Source: an uncultured virus (IMG/VR IMGVR_UViG_3300025133_000065)
Taxonomy: Duplodnaviria; Heunggongvirae; Uroviricota; Caudoviricetes
DNA: 64,000 nt
Reading direction: 5' to 3' (one strand)
Virus record (IMG/VR): IMGVR_UViG_3300025133_000065
The notes beneath the pieces are model-generated. The model saw nothing but the letters and a program-made list of their open reading frames with translations. It had not been told where the DNA came from and did no database searches. The translations under genes and the position numbers were made by a program. Below, in pieces: positions 1 through 9,223 of this stretch. Within the stretch, counting starts at the first letter, position 1. Each line of letters opens with the position of its first letter.

Positions 1-1209
1 TGTAAATTTATCTGAAGCCTGATTAAATTTTGCACCTGTTGATTTCATCTCTCCAAACGCTTGAAACGCTTTAAGCTGTTCTTGACCAACAAGTCTGCGT
101 TCTGCTGCAATAAATTGTGTGCGTTTAGCTTCAAAAGTCGCAGCACGCTTTCTCATCTCATCAGTTATTGGGCCTTCCTTTGCTGCATCTTTTTTAGCTT
201 TATCAATCTTTGCCTGTGCGGCTTCAACATCCACGCCTCTTGTAAGCGCTGTTTGGATTGCTTCGCGCCCAAAAGCAGGCAGCGCCTTGTCAAGAGTAAG
301 GGATAATGCCCTTTTCTGCGCGGGTGTTAAATTTTTAGAAGACGAGCTAAATTTTCTTAAAGCATCCCGCAACCCCTGTCTTTGTTCGTCAGGGTCAGCA
401 CTCATTAATTTTGAGATATCAACATCAACTCCAACCATTCCACCGATTTGAGATAAGCGTGCCGCCAACTGTTGCCTGCCAGAGATTGTTTGCATACTCA
501 GTAATTGTTTATTAACAACATCACCAGTTGTTCCTAAAGCTCGGCCAAATGCCGTCGCTTTTAAAGTTGCTTCTTCGATCTTGTCATTTGTTTCACCAAA
601 ATAATTGCCGGTGGATAACATGCTTTGACCTAAATTTAGTAATTGCTCATTTGGAAGTCCAAGCCTGTAAGCGAGACCAACCAATTTTTCACCAAACTTT
701 TCAGCCGAACCAACAGCATTATTTGTCTGAAATGTAAACTTTTGTGTGAATCCAACCAACTTTGACTGGTCAATGACATTTGAATTTTTTGAAATAGATT
801 CGGAAACCTTATTCATTGCTTCTTTAAGCTTCTCTGCGCTGACAGCTTGTTTAACAATTTCCTTATTCGTCAGTGCGAACGATTTTCTAATTCCTTCAAA
901 AGCACCTTGAACATTTGTCTCTTGGAGACCAAGCATCTCCTTATTAAGCTCTTCAAAAGCTTTGCTTATTTTTATTGTTGCGTCAGTTCCATCGGAACCC
1001 AAAGTTTTATTGAGCGCGACTTGTATTGTCTCCAGTTGGTTTAATGTTTCAATGCCTTCGCCAAGCCGTGCATTTAAAAAATCAAAGCTTTTTGTTATTA
1101 ATTGTACTTCAGCCCTAAATTTGACTGTATTCTCGAAGGCATCCCCCAAATTTTTATTAAATTCTACAACTTGCTCTAAACCTGAATTATTTTTTTTTGG
1201 GGGTGCCAT
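1..1209 (-). CDS. Tape measure-like protein (partial, runs off left edge)
   Basis: Not in the ORF track. Hand translation from ATG at 1209 (MAPPKKNNSGLEQVVEFNKNLGDAFE...) stays open for 403 codons to the window edge. Ala/Lys/Glu/Leu-rich helical sequence, directly downstream of the tube and chaperone genes. Confidence 0.7.
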   Translation of the reverse strand, partial: MAPPKKNNSGLEQVVEFNKNLGDAFENTVKFRAEVQLITKSFDFLNARLGEGIETLNQLETIQVALNKTLGSDGTDATIKISKAFEELNKEMLGLQETNVQGAFEGIRKSFALTNKEIVKQAVSAEKLKEAMNKVSESISKNSNVIDQSKLVGFTQKFTFQTNNAVGSAEKFGEKLVGLAYRLGLPNEQLLNLGQSMLSTGNYFGETNDKIEEATLKATAFGRALGTTGDVVNKQLLSMQTISGRQQLAARLSQIGGMVGVDVDISKLMSADPDEQRQGLRDALRKFSSSSKNLTPAQKRALSLTLDKALPAFGREAIQTALTRGVDVEAAQAKIDKAKKDAAKEGPITDEMRKRAATFEAKRTQFIAAERRLVGQEQLKAFQAFGEMKSTGAKFNQASDKFT

Positions 1210-1349
1210 TATTCATTTTCCTCTTTCGGAGTGTTTAATTCAACAAACTTGCCAAATATCCAATCTCTTTTTGATACAGGAAGAGTATAAATGTCCTTAT
1301 AAGACCACCCACCAGACGAAATCAAAGATATAATATTGGAGTAAATCAT
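1209..1349 (-). CDS. gp51-like tail/baseplate hub assembly chaperone segment (probably reached by frameshift from the upstream ORF)
   Basis: Not in the ORF track. MIYSNIISLISSGGWSYKDIYTLPVSKRDWIFGKFVELNTPKEENE*; the WS..(D/E)I..LP...R.W pattern resembles T4-like gp51-type proteins. Its stop overlaps the tape-measure ATG (TAATG). Confidence 0.6.
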   Translation of the reverse strand: MIYSNIISLISSGGWSYKDIYTLPVSKRDWIFGKFVELNTPKEENE

Positions 1350-1359
1350 CTCCAGATAA

Positions 1360-2148
1360 TTAGAGTTCAGGAAAAAAAAAGTTTGCCTGGATGGGCAAAA
1401 CCCCCTTGCTTTCCTTATTACAAGCTTGACAGACTGTTTCTCTTTCTGTACTAATTGAAGGTAACGAACTATTATAAGCCTTTGTTAAGGCTCTTGAATC
1501 CATAATACGAATGTTCTGCACAAATTCTGATATTTGAACTTTATCCTCTGAGCCATCCATAGATACAATAATTCTCTTAAAAAACTCAATATTAAAACTT
1601 GTATTGATATTAAGCTTTTTCATCTTATCAACAGACTTACTAATAGACTCCAAGTCTTTTGGTAGTAAAATTTTAAATTCAATAACTTTTTTTGATTTTG
1701 GAAGTTCGATTATTGTTGTTCCTGCGTCAGTCTTCTCAAATTCACTTTCAACTACATTTGTTAAGACATCACTTAAGTTAATTGTATCTTCCTGTTCTTC
1801 AGAACAATGTGGGCAAATAGAAACGACTTCGTACTCAGGACCATAAGCTTCTATTCTTGCAGATAATAATACAGCCATTTTATCGGTCTCGTGTATATCC
1901 TTTGGACTGATTTTAACCAAAATAATACTTTCAAGCAATTTGTCAACAGCAACACCATTTTCAACATAAGATTGATTTGTTAAAATATCCTCTTCTTTTG
2001 TTGTCATCATTTTAACTTCTATTTGTGCAACATTGTGGAGTGGGTGCCCTTCTGGATAATATATTCCACCTGTTGGCAAATCAACATAATGTGACAAACC
2101 ATTATATTCATTGGAAGTCGGATTGTCTTCCATATTAAATTTTTTCAT
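1360..2148 (-). CDS. gp26-like baseplate hub / tail assembly chaperone
   Basis: Motifs V.LPTGG.YY, KMMTTKEEDIL, CPHC and CQAC, C-terminal NFFFP; lies between the tube and tape-measure genes. Confidence 0.7.
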   Translation of the reverse strand: MKKFNMEDNPTSNEYNGLSHYVDLPTGGIYYPEGHPLHNVAQIEVKMMTTKEEDILTNQSYVENGVAVDKLLESIILVKISPKDIHETDKMAVLLSARIEAYGPEYEVVSICPHCSEEQEDTINLSDVLTNVVESEFEKTDAGTTIIELPKSKKVIEFKILLPKDLESISKSVDKMKKLNINTSFNIEFFKRIIVSMDGSEDKVQISEFVQNIRIMDSRALTKAYNSSLPSISTERETVCQACNKESKGVLPIQANFFFPEL

Positions 2149-2161
2149 TCTAACCTCTTAA

Positions 2162-2719
2162 TTAATAAGTTTTTTCAAAGCCGTTCTCGTTTGCATAAGT
2201 TAAGGCTGCCCAATCATAGCTAATCTTCATAGTTGTTCCAATAAGACCAGAGCTTGTGTAGGAAAGCTTGCTAAAGGTTATGCCCGAAACAAACGCCCCA
2301 TATAAAGTCCACTGCTCATATACATTGCCTTCTGGATTGATTAACTGTATTATAACATCTCCAAGGGATTGCATTAAGGATGACTTGCTCATGTTTTTCA
2401 AGTTTGTGGCAGAAACTTGATTAGGATTATCATAACTCAATTTTTTATATTTATCAAGCATTATTCCTGAAATAGAATCAACTATTCCATTATCAAATGT
2501 TTCTCTAATCGTAAAAGAAATATCTTGCCAAGTAACAATTCCACCTGGAAATTTAAATTTCCAATTTAAAAGCTGATATTGTCTTGGATTATCGAATACC
2601 GGGCTTGGCCTGCCTACATCTGAAACAAGAGCGAATGGGACATCTTGAATTCGCAAAAGAAAACGAAAACCACTTTGTAGGCTCTGCTGATAAATAGATT
2701 GTTCAATTAGTTCTGACAT
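2162..2719 (-). CDS. Tail tube-like paralogue (gp19/gp54-like)
   Basis: Aligns by eye with the adjacent tube protein (RPSP.F, FKFPG...W.D, GNV.E.WTLY..F, FSKLSY, .SYDWA). Confidence 0.7.
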   Translation of the reverse strand: MSELIEQSIYQQSLQSGFRFLLRIQDVPFALVSDVGRPSPVFDNPRQYQLLNWKFKFPGGIVTWQDISFTIRETFDNGIVDSISGIMLDKYKKLSYDNPNQVSATNLKNMSKSSLMQSLGDVIIQLINPEGNVYEQWTLYGAFVSGITFSKLSYTSSGLIGTTMKISYDWAALTYANENGFEKTY

Positions 2720-2727
2720 CTAAATAA

Positions 2728-3297
2728 CTATGCTAAAGTTGTATTTTGGTCAACCTCAAAAATTTCAACGTCTGCATAATCGTAAGAGAATCCAAGGCCA
2801 ATTGTGTTAATCCCATTTTGATTATATGCCAATTTGGAGTAAGAAACTGAATTAATAAAGGGGTTATACAAAGTCCACTTTTCAACAACATTGCCGTTTG
2901 AGTCTAAAACCTTAATTGCAATATTACCCAAGTTTCCATTAACAAAGTTCTCTTTTGATAAAGTTGTTCTCCACCCTTCGTTATCGGCAGTCCAAGTTGA
3001 TGGTGGGTTATAACCAGCCTTTTTAATCGACTGTAAAACCAAGCCTGAAACGTCAGGGTCAATTGGCTCAACAAGCGTAACAGCCACATCATTCCACTGA
3101 ACCTTGCCAGGAAACTTAAATTGATGACCTAAAAAATCATGAGTTGCCCCACCTTGAAACTTTGGGCTTGGTCTGGTTGCGTCAGTTACAACCCAGGCTG
3201 GAATTTCACCAAGGGTTAACACAAATTTAAATGCTCTTTTCGGCTCAATTTTTACTGATGCCCATGGTGGAATTGGTGTTGACTTATTTATGGCCAT
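2728..3297 (-). CDS. Tail tube protein (T4 gp19-like)
   Basis: EPKR..KF, KFPGKVQW.DV.VTL..P, LDSNGNVVEKWTL, FSYDYA; directly after the sheath gene; AGGAG RBS. Confidence 0.85.
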   Translation of the reverse strand: MAINKSTPIPPWASVKIEPKRAFKFVLTLGEIPAWVVTDATRPSPKFQGGATHDFLGHQFKFPGKVQWNDVAVTLVEPIDPDVSGLVLQSIKKAGYNPPSTWTADNEGWRTTLSKENFVNGNLGNIAIKVLDSNGNVVEKWTLYNPFINSVSYSKLAYNQNGINTIGLGFSYDYADVEIFEVDQNTTLA

Positions 3298-3318
3298 TGT
3301 TGTTCTCCTGTATCCTAT

Positions 3319-3326
3319 TAATTAGT
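3319..3326 (-). promoter_or_regulatory. Putative late promoter (ACTAATTA)
   Basis: About 21 nt upstream of the tail tube ATG; member of the recurring ACTAWTTA motif. Confidence 0.45.
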
Positions 3327-6314
3327 TTAATCCTCAAAAGATGCGCCAGTATTAGTAATAATGAAATCAACAGCAACAAACTCAATTGTTCTTGTGGGCT
3401 TTAAATAAACCTTGGCGTATAAAATGTTTCTGTCAACAAGGTCTGGCGTTGTAGTTGTTTCATCAAGTACGAGCTTATATTCGTCTAAGCCAAACCTTGC
3501 TTGCACATCAGCTAAGAATGGGTTCGCTTGGCCAATAAACCTTGCCCATGTAGCACGAACATTTGGTTCAAACAATATACCTGAAGCAATGTTAGAAATA
3601 CCTTTTTTAATAAAGATCATTAATCTGCGAACATTAATTCTATCTAATGCGCTTCTTGTAACCTGTAGAGTCTTTTGACCAAAGATTACAATACCCTCAT
3701 TTGGGAATGAAGCAATTGGGTTAATATTTGCATCATATAATTTGTTTCTATCTTGGGCTGTAAGCTTCTGAGTTACATTAACCACTGGGATTCCCGCAAT
3801 ACCTGTTGAAAGACCACCACGGTTGAATCCTGCTGGCGCAAACCATGGTGCTCTAACCCTATCCGTGTAGGACATAGCACCAATTGCAGTTACAGAGGAG
3901 GGCATATATACCAATTGGCCCTGTAAGGTGTCTCTAACCTGGACGAAGGGGTAGTAAGCACAACCATAACTTGAGTTAATCTGACGATCTTTTAAGTTGG
4001 TGATTGTTTCACTTAGATTTGGATATGTTTTTCCTTCGTTTCCTTCGTGTGATGGTTGGAAGTCACCCTTTAGATCGATAACCGCCAGAGCGTCTGCTCT
4101 TGCTTCAGCGGTGTTGATGAGGTGTGTAGTTAGCTGCTCGTTGGTAATACCAGGAATTGATACTAGGTTATAAGGAACAAACTCAGAATCTCTAATGATA
4201 TCGACAGCCTCTTTAACAGAGTTGTATGCATAGTTAGTTGTCTCTGTTTTACCGTTCAATAAGGTGTTTCTAAAGGGATCTCTTTCAGTTATGTCTAAAC
4301 CGTCAGAGCCGCCATATAGAGGCATTGTAAAGCGATCTACACCCTTATCAATAACATTCTTGTAGGTGAAGTCAGTTTGAGCAGAGATGGCACGATCACC
4401 TGAAACAGCAGCCCTTCTTGAGCCGGAAACCCAAGTTAAAAGACCAGTTGTTGAGCCTGAGCAAATCTCATCAAGAGTAAAGATAAACTGGTACTCACTG
4501 TAAGCAGTGTCTGCTAATTGTTCTGTAATTGTGTCAGTTCTATTTCTGTTTAGGTCTGCAAAGTCTCTATTGAATTTACCACTATTCTTGGTGATACCAG
4601 TCCAAACACCCCAGTAAGCATCTTTCTGACCTGCAAGACCTTCCTGGTTTCCTGAAATTCTTAATTCATGTGATGGGTAAAGAATTTTAAGCTCTGGTCC
4701 ATTTGCTCCGCTACCACCTAAACCAGATCCAGTAAGGATTAGACAATTTGCAGAATTTCCTTCAGATGGTACATAGTTACTGGCTAAAACGTTTTTAGCG
4801 CCTAGCCCCATAACACCCGTGCCAAAATTGTCCTGAGATTCGTTTGTAGTTTTAGTGATTTCAAAATCTTTGTACTTTAAAGGCCCATAGTAACCAAATG
4901 GTAGTAATTCTGGATTGTAGTTTTCTGCTTCCATCTCAACTCTAATGTATTTAGAGTTGTTTAAATGCTCGCCTCTTGTAACTAATCTTCTTGTTGTTGA
5001 GTCAAATTGTACATATGAATCACCAATTTTTCTAGCAATGTAATCTAGAGAATTAGCATCTAAGTTACAATTGCTAAATCTTTCAACTACAATTGGTGCT
5101 GCATCTGTGTCATTGGCACGACGAACTAAAACATCAAAAGTACCAAACTTATTGAATTGATCTTGTGAGTAGTTGATATTTGCAATTGAAATCTTAAGAT
5201 TGTTTTGTGCCCACTCGGCATGATCCAATGCATGGAACTTAAATAGTGGAGTCGTGTCGCCATATGCGTAAGCTGTTGCAGCAGCAGCGCCTCCCAAATC
5301 CTGACCAAACACTAAGCCAGTTGCTGGGTTGTATCTCGTTGCTCCATCTTCAAAAGGAATTTGTCTATCACTGTGTCTTACGGCGGAGCCGGTGGCTAAA
5401 GGTAACATTAGACCAATGTAAGTGGCATTAGAGCTTCCAAGCATTCCCCCACCAGAACCAGTAACAACTTTTCGCTCAACTTTCTGCAAAAACTCTCTAG
5501 CATAAGTCTCGCCAAGCCAGTATCTTTCTCTTTGATTTCCCTTAGTGACTGTTGTATTAACTGCTGCGGGGTTTGTATTAAAAACGTTTCTAATGTAATT
5601 TTTGTTATTCTCATTTAATGAGAAGCTAATTACGCGGTTTTTGTAACTGTTTTTGCTGGAGCCGGTAATAGAAACAGTGAAAACACCGTTAGTATTAGTG
5701 CTAACTAGTCGGCAAGATCCACTACCTGCTTGAATTGAAGGGATTGAAGTACCGCCTGTTTCTGTTCCAACCAATCCAATGATACCATCTTCAACGTACC
5801 AAGTAGCAACTAAAGAGCCAGTACCATGGGCAGAAGCTACTTGAGTGCCACTAAGGTTGTTCTGAAAAACAAATAAGCCGTAAGCTGAACCAGTTGCATC
5901 ACCTGGGAATGTTGGAATGGCTTCAATGTCTTTACCAAGTGGTGAAGCACCTTCAATTTTCCAACCAGCCTTGCCTGCATCTGTTGCATTTAGGTTTTGC
6001 GATCCCAATAATCTCATGTATGTACAAGTTGATGAGTTTCTTAACCACGCTTGTGCAGCATAAGTACCATAAGTCGGAGTTTGTTCGTTACCGTTTCTCC
6101 AAACGTCATCAGCCTTTCCACCTGGAATTGGCTCACCATATAACTGAACAAACTCAGCAAATGAATCAACTGTTACAGGTCTCATTGCTGGACCATATTT
6201 TGATCTACCTACAAATAATGGACCAGTCTCTCTTGGCTGGTTTGGTAGTTGTGAATTATCAATCTCGTTTAGGAAAACGCCGGGTGAAATAAACTTAAAT
6301 TTTCTGGCACTCAT
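3327..6314 (-). CDS. gp18: Tail sheath protein (T4 gp18-like), with large insertions
   Basis: N-terminal FISPGVFLNEID; C-terminal PWFAPAGFNRG, INPIASFP, FGQKTLQ...SALDRINVRRL, FEPN, LKPTRTIEFV. Confidence 0.95.
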   Translation of the reverse strand: MSARKFKFISPGVFLNEIDNSQLPNQPRETGPLFVGRSKYGPAMRPVTVDSFAEFVQLYGEPIPGGKADDVWRNGNEQTPTYGTYAAQAWLRNSSTCTYMRLLGSQNLNATDAGKAGWKIEGASPLGKDIEAIPTFPGDATGSAYGLFVFQNNLSGTQVASAHGTGSLVATWYVEDGIIGLVGTETGGTSIPSIQAGSGSCRLVSTNTNGVFTVSITGSSKNSYKNRVISFSLNENNKNYIRNVFNTNPAAVNTTVTKGNQRERYWLGETYAREFLQKVERKVVTGSGGGMLGSSNATYIGLMLPLATGSAVRHSDRQIPFEDGATRYNPATGLVFGQDLGGAAAATAYAYGDTTPLFKFHALDHAEWAQNNLKISIANINYSQDQFNKFGTFDVLVRRANDTDAAPIVVERFSNCNLDANSLDYIARKIGDSYVQFDSTTRRLVTRGEHLNNSKYIRVEMEAENYNPELLPFGYYGPLKYKDFEITKTTNESQDNFGTGVMGLGAKNVLASNYVPSEGNSANCLILTGSGLGGSGANGPELKILYPSHELRISGNQEGLAGQKDAYWGVWTGITKNSGKFNRDFADLNRNRTDTITEQLADTAYSEYQFIFTLDEICSGSTTGLLTWVSGSRRAAVSGDRAISAQTDFTYKNVIDKGVDRFTMPLYGGSDGLDITERDPFRNTLLNGKTETTNYAYNSVKEAVDIIRDSEFVPYNLVSIPGITNEQLTTHLINTAEARADALAVIDLKGDFQPSHEGNEGKTYPNLSETITNLKDRQINSSYGCAYYPFVQVRDTLQGQLVYMPSSVTAIGAMSYTDRVRAPWFAPAGFNRGGLSTGIAGIPVVNVTQKLTAQDRNKLYDANINPIASFPNEGIVIFGQKTLQVTRSALDRINVRRLMIFIKKGISNIASGILFEPNVRATWARFIGQANPFLADVQARFGLDEYKLVLDETTTTPDLVDRNILYAKVYLKPTRTIEFVAVDFIITNTGASFED

Positions 6315-6333
6315 AAAATATCTCCCAATTATG

Positions 6334-6348
6334 CTACAATAAATAGTT
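6334..6348 (-). promoter_or_regulatory. Putative late promoter (AACTATTTATTGTAG)
   Basis: Intergenic, upstream of the sheath; the same 15-mer occurs at 12095-12109. Confidence 0.6.
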
Positions 6349-6365
6349 TAGAAATGTTGCAAAGA

Positions 6366-7334
6366 CTAAGGTCTATAACCTTCTTCTGAGAATTCATTAA
6401 TATCGCCCATCATAACGTGCTCTCTCGGGAAACGAACTTCAACAAAATTTTCCCTTCTTGCAATTTGGGGACCTTTCTGATTTGGACCAGCACCCATAGT
6501 ATAACCAATAACACGAACTTGAATTTTGGATTCATAAACTTTTTCATTATTTGCAAGGGAACTTATATTGCTTGTAATTCCAAAGTCAGTCTGTAAAAAA
6601 GTTTCATAACTGTGCCCACTATTACTAATCATAAATTGATTTATATTATTATTAAAAGCAGCAAAAGGTTGAATCATATCATTTATTTGTTGTTGATACT
6701 CTGCCCTTAAATTAATAGTATAACTAAAATCATGATAAATAGGTAAAGGAACCGTTACATATTCATAAATAATCTTTTCATTTTTAAACTTAAAATTATT
6801 TTGCTTGTATAACCTGAGACTTGTAGCATTTGCAAAGTTTTTGGTCTTTGACTGTTTTATTTTTTTAGCAATAACTAAGGTCGTACCATCTCCATCTGCA
6901 AACAGCCTTGCTGGTATGGGGGAATCATTAACCGGCGTTTGTTTGATGGATGTCCTTTCTACTGATATTAAAGGAAATTTTAAAGACTCTGTTCCAAGTT
7001 CTCTCATTTCTCTGTCGTCTTTTATTTGAAAAGCTCTTTCCTGTGTCAACCAAATAATAGGAACTTTTCGCCAACCGTCATTTCTTGTTGCAAAAATATC
7101 AATTGTCTTATCAAGCCAGTTATACAAAGCCATATCAACAGTTTCAAACGAAGACGGAATTAATGTATCATATTGAATAGAGTAAGCCGCTTTGAAGAGG
7201 GCGTCGGCACTCTTGCAAGGATAATAAGAGCCACCTTCAGTATGGGTTCCAACACAACTAAGACTCTCTGCCTTTTTAAGAGCATCACGATAATTGTTGA
7301 ATTTGTATTTTTTTTCAATATATTTTGGTAGCAT
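6366..7334 (-). CDS. Tail terminator / sheath stabiliser (gp15-like)
   Basis: Between neck genes and sheath; KVPIIW...ER, LKFPLISVER, P.P.Y.D.SY.I pattern. Confidence 0.55.
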   Translation of the reverse strand: MLPKYIEKKYKFNNYRDALKKAESLSCVGTHTEGGSYYPCKSADALFKAAYSIQYDTLIPSSFETVDMALYNWLDKTIDIFATRNDGWRKVPIIWLTQERAFQIKDDREMRELGTESLKFPLISVERTSIKQTPVNDSPIPARLFADGDGTTLVIAKKIKQSKTKNFANATSLRLYKQNNFKFKNEKIIYEYVTVPLPIYHDFSYTINLRAEYQQQINDMIQPFAAFNNNINQFMISNSGHSYETFLQTDFGITSNISSLANNEKVYESKIQVRVIGYTMGAGPNQKGPQIARRENFVEVRFPREHVMMGDINEFSEEGYRP

Positions 7335-7343
7335 TAAATTATC

Positions 7344-7829
7344 CTATGGGTTAAATTTTCCTTCTCTTGCCAAAATACAAGTTGCGCTGATTTCAAAGCT
7401 TTTATCTGTCTGATCGAATAGTAATTTTGGCTCGCTTAATTCAACAATTTCATAATCAAAACTACCATAACGAACAAAATCTCCAACACGAATGTAAAGA
7501 TCTTGGTCCTCGGTTAAGCGCCTTTTATGAAAATCCACTACAATTTGCGGTCTTCTATCAACACCATATTTTGTAAATTCAGTTTTTGTCCCATTCCACT
7601 TTACACGACTATACACTCTAACTGGGGGTAAATATGTTTTTTCTATCGCCTCTCCATAAAGTGGGTGATAGTTTGAGTGTTCTCTTGACACTGGAAAATA
7701 AAGAATTTGCTGACCAACAATTCGTTCAATAATTTCGTCATTAACTTGTTTAACAAAGTCAGCTTCTTTTTGTCCTGTAAAAAGTGGAGGTGGAGGTGCA
7801 TCAGGTTTTGTCCATTTATTATCTGCCAT
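7344..7829 (-). CDS. Head closure / neck protein (gp14-like)
   Basis: E.IE..VGQ.I.YF, HPLYGE, RVGDFV.Y...YEI; second gene after the capsid. Confidence 0.6.
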   Translation of the reverse strand: MADNKWTKPDAPPPPLFTGQKEADFVKQVNDEIIERIVGQQILYFPVSREHSNYHPLYGEAIEKTYLPPVRVYSRVKWNGTKTEFTKYGVDRRPQIVVDFHKRRLTEDQDLYIRVGDFVRYGSFDYEIVELSEPKLLFDQTDKSFEISATCILAREGKFNP

Positions 7830-7835
7830 TTTTTA

Positions 7836-9128
7836 TTATCCTACAAATAATGGAACTGGAACTTTACTAAGTGTGTCCGTAACTGTCTTAGTCATATTAG
7901 CGTCTTTTGTTAATAAGTTTTCATATGTTAATTCATCCAAGACTGTTTTAAGTTCCGTTCTTAAGTCACCCATTTCTTTTGACGCTTCGCTTAACAGGGC
8001 AGTTGAATTAAGTGTAATATTTCCACCTGGAAGCGGAACAGCGCCACTCAGTTTTCCTCTAATTTGTCCCAATACTTCTTTACAAAGTGCCAAAGCAAAT
8101 CTACGAATCCATTGCTTGCCAATTGAGTTAATCGATGAGTATGGTATATTTTGGAATGGTAAGTTATTTATATTATTAACGCCTCGACTACCATTCTGTC
8201 GATCTGAATATTCTTCTGTAGCGTCCTTCTTTACAGTGAATCTAAAGTAAAAGCGCTCTGGTGAATATCCAGCCGCTCCTGGCGTCGGGAATAACCTTAA
8301 TTTATTGTTAATTATCTCATAAGAGTAGTGAGATGTCCTTGTATAGATTGAATCTTCATACATCATTGCTTGAAGTTTATTTTGCCATGTTGGAATAACT
8401 TCAAAGGTTGAATCATCAGCATATTGACCATAAGTTGACATATTGCCAATTACATTTAATCCACCATAATATGCAAAGAATCGCCACATTGACCTGGGGG
8501 TTTTGTAATACATATTACGAATAATAATTTTATTATTGCCAACGGTATCCCCGCTGTCCAGGGTTAGGTCTCCATTTTCAACAGATGAGCTTACAATTTG
8601 CTGTAAATCATAATCTTGTTGGGAAGCTGTTGGAACGAATGACGCTGTATAATAAGTTAAGCCACCTCCAGCACCTGCTTCTGTTGCGATGCCTTCTGCG
8701 ACTCTTCTCGTATAGTCAAACGTATATCTAGGAAGCGCCATTTCGGAGTTAGAGCCGTTTAAGGGGTCACCTTCGACAATCTGCCCGTCTTCATCAAAAG
8801 AAGCCGTTGTAGCGCCAAGCAGGTTGTTTAACGAGTTCTTTGCTTGATGAATATTGACCAAGTATGAATATTCCAATACTGCTTCTTCATATGCGGCATA
8901 AACATTATACTGGGTCATTTCAATGTCCAGGACATCGCCGCCCAATTTCTTATAAACATAACTAACTTGATCCGCAGCACCCGACGCAAAAACATCAGCG
9001 TCTGGGCCTTGCATATAAAATCCAAATGGTAATGGGTTAATTGCCGCATTTACATTATCGGGTGACCCCGTAATTGGCAAAATCACTTTGCTTGAATTAC
9101 TCGATGGTGTTAAAACTGGTACAGACAT
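7836..9128 (-). CDS. Neck / head-tail adaptor (gp13-like)
   Basis: KLGG.VLDIE at the N-terminus; WIRRFALALCKEVLGQIRGK, PGGNITLN..ALL.EA; C-terminal P.PLFVG. Confidence 0.75.
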   Translation of the reverse strand: MSVPVLTPSSNSSKVILPITGSPDNVNAAINPLPFGFYMQGPDADVFASGAADQVSYVYKKLGGDVLDIEMTQYNVYAAYEEAVLEYSYLVNIHQAKNSLNNLLGATTASFDEDGQIVEGDPLNGSNSEMALPRYTFDYTRRVAEGIATEAGAGGGLTYYTASFVPTASQQDYDLQQIVSSSVENGDLTLDSGDTVGNNKIIIRNMYYKTPRSMWRFFAYYGGLNVIGNMSTYGQYADDSTFEVIPTWQNKLQAMMYEDSIYTRTSHYSYEIINNKLRLFPTPGAAGYSPERFYFRFTVKKDATEEYSDRQNGSRGVNNINNLPFQNIPYSSINSIGKQWIRRFALALCKEVLGQIRGKLSGAVPLPGGNITLNSTALLSEASKEMGDLRTELKTVLDELTYENLLTKDANMTKTVTDTLSKVPVPLFVG

Positions 9129-9148
9129 TCAACTAATCTCCTACTATC

Positions 9149-9156
9149 TAAATAGT
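9149..9156 (-). promoter_or_regulatory. Putative late promoter (ACTATTTA)
   Basis: Just downstream of the capsid terminator, 20 nt upstream of the neck gene ATG. Confidence 0.6.
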
Positions 9157-9162
9157 TTTATT

Positions 9163-9199
9163 AAAGAGAAACCCCCCACCCGTCGAAACGGATGAGGGG
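9163..9199 (-). terminator. Rho-independent terminator after the major capsid gene
   Basis: Minus strand CCCCTCATCCGT-TTCG-ACGGGTGGGGGG then TTTCTCTTT: 12-bp stem with two G-U pairs (valid only on this strand), UUCG loop and U-rich tail. Confidence 0.85.
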
Positions 9200-9223
9200 A
9201 AACTCTCAACTACGCGTTAGTAA

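Noticed and set aside
1398..1407. GGGGGTTTT as the chaperone slippery site
   Set aside because: Not in X XXY YYZ phase with the reading frame, and the -1 frame stops shortly after; the T9 tract is the better candidate.
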